Assembly: GCA_965601925.1 (NCBI GenBank)
Contig: OZ271854.1
Coordinates: forward strand, 768,001-832,000
Origin: Alkalispirochaeta sp.
GTDB lineage: Bacteria > Spirochaetota > Spirochaetia > DSM-27196 > Alkalispirochaetaceae
Length of the DNA stretch: 64,000 bases
Direction: 5' to 3'
The notes under the pieces were generated by a model. That model did no database searches, had not been told where the DNA came from, and was given only the letters and a program-made list of their open reading frames with translations. Numbering within the stretch: the first letter of the stretch is position 1; every line of letters begins with the position of its first letter. The translations under genes and the position numbers were made by a program. Below are positions 59,313-64,000 of this stretch, piece by piece.

Positions 59313-59939
59313 CTACCGATCGATCCGCACCGAGTCGTACATCTCGTAAAAGCCCTCGACCGTTACCTCGGGAAAGAGCGCGTGCATCTTCTCGATAACC
59401 GGGCTCGAGGTTTTCACGATCGGCTCGATGACACTCTTCTGCCAGTACGCCGCGCCCTTGGTGTACTTCAGCATCTCCAGATAGCCTTTAAAGTCAAGGT
59501 TGAGCTTATCGGTATGACCATCAAATTCATGGTAAAACAAGCCTTGTTCAGGTTTGTCTAAATAGAACCCAACACCGGCTTCGGGATAGAAATAGTCCAC
59601 GAGGGTGAAGTTCCGCATCACCGGGAACTCATCAGGATGGAAGTCTACGTCGCCGATGAGGACTTCCTCGATCGGCAGAATGTTGATCGTCCCTTCGATG
59701 TCGACGCCCAACTCGGGTTTGAGCGTCCATTTGACGGTCCAGCCCTTCAATGCGGCGTAAAACCGCTTCATTTCGTCGTCTAAGTTGAGCGCGGTATCTA
59801 CTCCGAGACCCTCGCCTCGAAATATTTTGAGATTGTTCTCGAAAGAACTGAACTTTTCTTCGTTTGCCATCTCCCATGCAAAGAGATGCTTGTTACAGTT
59901 TTCAGCGAAGTATTTTTTTAGCTCGGTCTTATCGATCAT
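59313..59939 (-). CDS. SUKH/SMI1-like putative immunity protein, divergent copy A3
   Basis: Same C-terminal motifs as A1/A2, divergent N-terminal half. Confidence 0.65.
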   Translation of the reverse strand: MIDKTELKKYFAENCNKHLFAWEMANEEKFSSFENNLKIFRGEGLGVDTALNLDDEMKRFYAALKGWTVKWTLKPELGVDIEGTINILPIEEVLIGDVDFHPDEFPVMRNFTLVDYFYPEAGVGFYLDKPEQGLFYHEFDGHTDKLNLDFKGYLEMLKYTKGAAYWQKSVIEPIVKTSSPVIEKMHALFPEVTVEGFYEMYDSVRIDR

Positions 59940-59974
59940 CTCTGGCTCCTCATACCCCGGTATCCCTCGCGCCG

Positions 59975-60023
59975 GTGCATTGCGGCACCGGTATGCTCCC
60001 AGCCTACCGGTGCCGCGATGCAC
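59975..60023. repeat. Strong inverted repeat (18/19-bp stem, 11-nt loop)
   Basis: GTGCATTGCGGCACCGGTA ... TACCGGTGCCGCGATGCAC between vapC and A3. Confidence 0.8.
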
Positions 60024-60040
60024 AACCGATGTTTGGGGAG

Positions 60041-60457
60041 CTATACGAAGGGATTGAGAACCTCAATCCCGCATTCTTCGAAGTCTTTCACGTTACCGGT
60101 CGCAACCGCCAGCAGATTTGTGCGGGCGATTGAGGCGATCTGTGCGTCCAACGCTGCCAGTGGTCGGCCCAACGCCCTACGGCGACCGACGATCTGCGGA
60201 TAGATCCGCGCTGATCGTTCGTCGAATGCGAGAATCCGTTGATCGAATCCTTGTCGTACGAATCGCTCGAATCGTTCCTCGAGGTTTCGACGGCGCTTGC
60301 CGTCCGGCAAAACCCACAAACCGTATCCGATCTCGGCGATCGTGATCGTCGAAATAAATAAGCCGCCGGCATCTTGTTGGTTGAGCCATTCTATGACCAC
60401 TGGATCGGGCGACCGGCTCATGACGGCCGACACGACGTTGGTATCGAGTAGCGTCAC
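60041..60457 (-). CDS. vapC: PIN-domain VapC toxin
   Basis: LLDTNVVS, STITIAEI..G, DAQIASIA, ATGNVKDF. Confidence 0.95.
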   Translation of the reverse strand: MTLLDTNVVSAVMSRSPDPVVIEWLNQQDAGGLFISTITIAEIGYGLWVLPDGKRRRNLEERFERFVRQGFDQRILAFDERSARIYPQIVGRRRALGRPLAALDAQIASIARTNLLAVATGNVKDFEECGIEVLNPFV

Positions 60458-60684
60458 GTATCGAATCCGACCGGCTCGTGCACCTCGCGCGGCGGCAACC
60501 GGAGCTCGACGCCGTCGTTTTCGAAACAGCTGAGCGCCAGGTCGCCGAGACGCTCAGGCGCGTTGACGGTATACGCGAGGATTTGCCGTACTTCCTCTTC
60601 CATCGACACTCCATGTTTCGCGGCGCGCATCCGGAGACGGCGATAGACCTCCGCATCGATCTTTCGAACACTCAGGCTGTGCAT
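60454..60684 (-). CDS. FitA-like ribbon-helix-helix antitoxin
   Basis: LSVRKID.EV...LR.RAAKHGVSMEEEVRQIL; 4-bp overlap with vapC. Confidence 0.9.
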   Translation of the reverse strand: MHSLSVRKIDAEVYRRLRMRAAKHGVSMEEEVRQILAYTVNAPERLGDLALSCFENDGVELRLPPREVHEPVGFDT

Positions 60685-60703
60685 CCGATCCTCCTAAGAC
60701 CAA

Positions 60704-60721
60704 TGATAGCGTGTGCTATCA
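60704..60721. promoter_or_regulatory. TA operator TGATAGC-N4-GCTATCA
   Basis: Palindrome upstream of the antitoxin; TGCTATCA is the half-site known for Neisseria FitAB. Confidence 0.65.
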
Positions 60722-60839
60722 CCGCCGGCAAGTGCCGGCACGACTGCTGAAGCGTCGCCGAACTGCGAGACGATCGGGGCCGGTCTTGTAGCGGCCTCGG
60801 CGCACATCGGTCCGGACCGTCAGCCGCGAACAGCTCACG

Positions 60840-61454
60840 CTACCGATCGATCCGCACCGAGTCGTAGAGCTCCAGAAACCCTTCCTTGGTGAACTCGGGA
60901 AACAGCCGCTGCATGTTGGCGATGATCCGCTCGGAGATGCCGCCTTCGGGGTTCAAAATGATTCGTTGCCAGTACGCAGCGCCCTTGGTGTACTTCATCA
61001 TCTGGAGGTAGCCCTTGAAATCCAGGTTGAGCGCCTTCGTGTCACCGTCAAAAAACGTAACGAAGAAACCCCGCTCCGGCCTATCCACATAGAACCCAAC
61101 GCCGGCTTCGGGATAGAAATAGTCCACGACGGTGAAGTTCCGCATCACCGGGAACTCATCGGGATGGAAGTCTACGTCGCCAATGAGCACCTGCTCGATT
61201 GGCAGGATGTTGAACGTTCCCTCGAGCTCGATTGGGCTGTGTTGGTTGGTCTTCCACGTCACCTTCCACCGCTCGATCGCCGAGTAAAAGCGCACCAATT
61301 CCGCATCGAACGTGAGCGCTTGATCCACGCGGCCCTCTGCGTTCTCGATCAGTGTGTTTTCGATGAGGTCGATGGTATCTCGGTGTGAACGCATAGCCCT
61401 ATTTAGGGGCAGATCGTATTCTTGCACATACTCATCGAACACCTGTTTGCTCAT
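60840..61454 (-). CDS. SUKH/SMI1-like putative immunity protein, copy A2
   Basis: Near-identical to A1 with C-terminal substitutions. Confidence 0.65.
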   Translation of the reverse strand: MSKQVFDEYVQEYDLPLNRAMRSHRDTIDLIENTLIENAEGRVDQALTFDAELVRFYSAIERWKVTWKTNQHSPIELEGTFNILPIEQVLIGDVDFHPDEFPVMRNFTVVDYFYPEAGVGFYVDRPERGFFVTFFDGDTKALNLDFKGYLQMMKYTKGAAYWQRIILNPEGGISERIIANMQRLFPEFTKEGFLELYDSVRIDR

Positions 61455-62076
61455 GATTCCTCCGTCGGTTGTATCGCATCCCGTCTCAGCGTTCGTCCCG
61501 GTCGGCGTCTTCCGCCGATGCTTTGCGTCCCCTTTACGCGCCCGCGCCTCACCGCTCGTAGCGCTGCATGCTCGCCGGGTGGTCCGACGGCGCGAGAAGC
61601 CGCCGCGTCTCCACCAGCTTGCCGGGGTGGTTGACGTCATAGGCGCTGTCTGTGGCGACGGTGGTCCACTTGTAGGTGTTGGCGCCGAAGAGCTTGAAAA
61701 AGCGGCTTGCGGTGATCGTTAACTCTGAATCGACCTCTTCCACAATCAAGCACTTGCCGTACTCCTTCCAGTCCTTCGGCGACCGGTCCGAGACAAAGCA
61801 GTGGTACAGCGCGGTGCCGTCGCTGGTCTGGTAGTGGTCGATGCGAAAGAGGAAGCGCTTGGTCGGCGGCTTCCTTTTGGCCGCCCGCTCGTAGTAGTCC
61901 GGTTCTTCGAGCGTTTTCAACGGAATCATGCCGAACTTGTTTTTCACCTTTGGCGATACGAACCGGTTCATCGCCTCGAGCTTGCTGTTGTAGTCGTCTA
62001 TGTCCGGTAGGCCGTCGGCCACAATCGCCGCTACCTCGGCTTCAAAAAAGCGGTCCAAAAAGTCGATCACAGGGTC
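60849..62076. repeat. Direct repeat unit 2 (about 1.2 kb)
   Basis: Matches 58013-59240. Confidence 0.92.
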
Positions 62077-62082
62077 CATCAT
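61549..62082 (-). CDS. Hypothetical protein, copy B2
   Basis: Identical to B1 except within the N-terminal 45 aa. Confidence 0.65.
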   Translation of the reverse strand: MMDPVIDFLDRFFEAEVAAIVADGLPDIDDYNSKLEAMNRFVSPKVKNKFGMIPLKTLEEPDYYERAAKRKPPTKRFLFRIDHYQTSDGTALYHCFVSDRSPKDWKEYGKCLIVEEVDSELTITASRFFKLFGANTYKWTTVATDSAYDVNHPGKLVETRRLLAPSDHPASMQRYER

Positions 62083-62315
62083 CCTCTCCTTGTTCGGTCG
62101 CCGATACGCGGCTCATACGGGTTCTTGGTAGTCTCGTGACCTTATCATAGCGCGATTCGTCTCACCATTCGCGTGGTGCAGATGAGATTGACGCACGACC
62201 GCGTCACAATACGATGAGAACGCGAAGCCAAGACCGACAGCCTGACCACTGCGGCGAAGGCGGCAGCTGCTATGGAGTAGCGGTGGCGACGGCGCGTGGA
62301 CGCTCAACGCACGCG

Positions 62316-62897
62316 CTACGTGCGGCGGGCCCATGCGACGACATCTTCGGGAACCAACTTGGGCTCCACCAGAATGAACTTTGCCTCCGCCCCCTCAAAA
62401 AAGAGCTTGTCGGTCGGCCGCAGCAAGCTGTTGACGACTACACGCCGGACGATCGCTACGGTAGCGCCGGCATCTCGCGCCAAGAGTTCGCGTACCGTGT
62501 CCCGCATCTTCAGAAATTGCGGCGGTGCCTCGATCGGTTCTTCTTGATCGTCGTAGTCCCGTGACGAGACGTAGTAGACGTGGTGCGGACGAACGACAGA
62601 ATCGATCCCCGCCTCACGTATCCGCTCTACTCTGACCAGCGCGCTGAGCTCGGGCCGCTCTTCGATCCATCGACCAACCGCCTCGATCAAACCGGCGTAA
62701 GGCTCGACGTATTCGGGCGCGAGCTTACTATCGAAGTGCCTTACGATGATCGACCTACCGGCCGGAGCATCGGGCGCGAAGTACAACGTGCCGAGTGTAC
62801 TCGCTAAAAATCTCTTGAGGCCCAGCTCGTGCTTTCGGGCGGCGAAGGTGTGATCGAGCTCACTCTTTTGCTCGTTCCGTCCGTGAGCCGGTTGCAC
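62316..62897 (-). CDS. Hypothetical protein; start uncertain
   Basis: Protein-like 193-aa ORF; no family recognised. Confidence 0.5.
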   Translation of the reverse strand: MQPAHGRNEQKSELDHTFAARKHELGLKRFLASTLGTLYFAPDAPAGRSIIVRHFDSKLAPEYVEPYAGLIEAVGRWIEERPELSALVRVERIREAGIDSVVRPHHVYYVSSRDYDDQEEPIEAPPQFLKMRDTVRELLARDAGATVAIVRRVVVNSLLRPTDKLFFEGAEAKFILVEPKLVPEDVVAWARRT

Positions 62898-63055
62898 CGT
62901 TATGCCATGCCGAACGCGGCCAGATCCAACGCGACGAGCGACACCATCAGCGGAAGAAAGCGCCGATCGATTGGTCGCTTACGAGTCTCGACCTCCGCTG
63001 AAGCCGGGCGGTCGCCGCATACGGTTTTCGATGCAACTGGTCCGCGTGCACGCGG

Positions 63056-63775
63056 TTACATATTGACGTCGGCGGTTGCGGGCATTGTGATAATTTTCGG
63101 GCAACTTGCGGCGCTGAGTGAATCGATCGTCGTCACGAGTTGCACGACGTCGTGAACCGGAATGAGCGACGCGTCCGTTTCGCGCAACACTTCATCTCGC
63201 GAGACCGAGAGTCCGTGCTCACTCGCCATGTACCCGAGGTTCATGAGGGTGACCGAAATTCCGTCTCCTCTGACGATCTCCCGAACGGCGTTCGTCAGAC
63301 CCCGCATCGCTCCTTTGCTCGCGGAAAACGCGACTTCGCGGCCGTTATTGTGATCTTCTCCCCACGTAGAGCCGATGAATATCATCGTCCCGGAACTCGA
63401 CGCGCGGAGAAGCGGGATTGCCCCCTGCGTATGGAGTATAAGCGACAATACATTCGTCTCGATCAGTTTACGTGACTCGACGTGCGGAGAAGACGAGAAA
63501 TCGTACTCCTCGCTGAACGCCGTTTGCTCCCAGATACCGACGTTGTAGATAAAAAGATCAATCGCGGTTTCCCCGATACGATCAAAGACGACGCGGGTCG
63601 ATTCCTCAGGCTTAGAAAGGTCCGCCTCTATCCAGACGACGTCCCCAACGCCGCGATCAAGATACGCCGGTCTTGACCGTGACACGACAAACAGCCGCGT
63701 CTCTTTCTCCGATAGGCCCTCGGCAAGAGCCTGACCAAGGCCGCGAGACGCTCCGTATATCAGCACTGTCTTCAT
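63056..63775 (-). CDS. SDR family oxidoreductase (atypical, F in place of catalytic Y)
   Basis: GASRGLG, YNVGIWE, FSASK. Confidence 0.85.
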   Translation of the reverse strand: MKTVLIYGASRGLGQALAEGLSEKETRLFVVSRSRPAYLDRGVGDVVWIEADLSKPEESTRVVFDRIGETAIDLFIYNVGIWEQTAFSEEYDFSSSPHVESRKLIETNVLSLILHTQGAIPLLRASSSGTMIFIGSTWGEDHNNGREVAFSASKGAMRGLTNAVREIVRGDGISVTLMNLGYMASEHGLSVSRDEVLRETDASLIPVHDVVQLVTTIDSLSAASCPKIITMPATADVNM

Positions 63776-64000
63776 CGCGTCAATATAATACCGGCTCAGA
63801 TTACCGGGACAGTGTATTTGGTAGCGGTACAAGACGGCATCGAATTGATAGAATCGGTTAGGAAGTCACGAGCGACGTGCACATGGGACGGCTGGTTCCG
63901 GCCGATGGTATGCGGTATCATCACCGCACCATGAGTGGGATTTCGGCGCGATGTTGGAGAACGAGACGGTCGTGATGCCGCACTTGCTGCCACAGTAGCT

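Noticed and set aside
58004..61454. Diversity-generating retroelement TR/VR pair
   Set aside because: Differences between the copies are not adenine-specific and no reverse transcriptase is present
40795..62316. Shared TAGCGT motif at several stop codons (40802, 52130, 59313, 60840)
   Set aside because: Too short, two cases are paralogs, and most array genes lack it
48850..63050. Integron cassette array
   Set aside because: No integrase in the window and no repeated attC-like RYYYAAC...GTTRRRY element found between genes; orientations are mixed

Overview
GC-rich bacterial window from a diderm host (TolC, RND pump and an outer-membrane beta-barrel are present; a spirochaete-like host is only a weak guess). 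1-37.6 kb is mostly metabolic and regulatory: a partial NqrC-like gene, a PTS EIIA protein, an Mbh-like Mrp/Mnh Na+/H+ antiporter cluster with two tandem MrpD genes, several TetR/MarR/MerR/LysR/AraC modules with clear operators, two MATE pumps, a two-component system, an EndoQ(PHP)-UvrD fusion, a peptide ABC transporter and a cytochrome P460-family protein. From about 37.6 kb, and densely from 48.9 to 63 kb, the region becomes an accessory array of putative ORPHAN polymorphic-toxin immunity genes: Imm5, Imm26-like, five members of one SUKH/SMI1-like clade, a NusG-KOW::SUKH fusion, LRR, pentapeptide-repeat and other small acidic proteins. I found no intact polymorphic toxin, secretion system or integrase in the window. 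The array is interleaved with one intact FitA/VapC toxin-antitoxin pair, two toxin-less antitoxin remnants lying directly upstream of immunity-like genes, several gene fragments and a 1.2-kb mosaic duplication. A TetR-RND-TolC efflux operon interrupts the array at 41.4-48.8 kb. No rRNA, tRNA, CRISPR array or transposase was recognised. All family calls come from motif recognition by eye, not from database searches.
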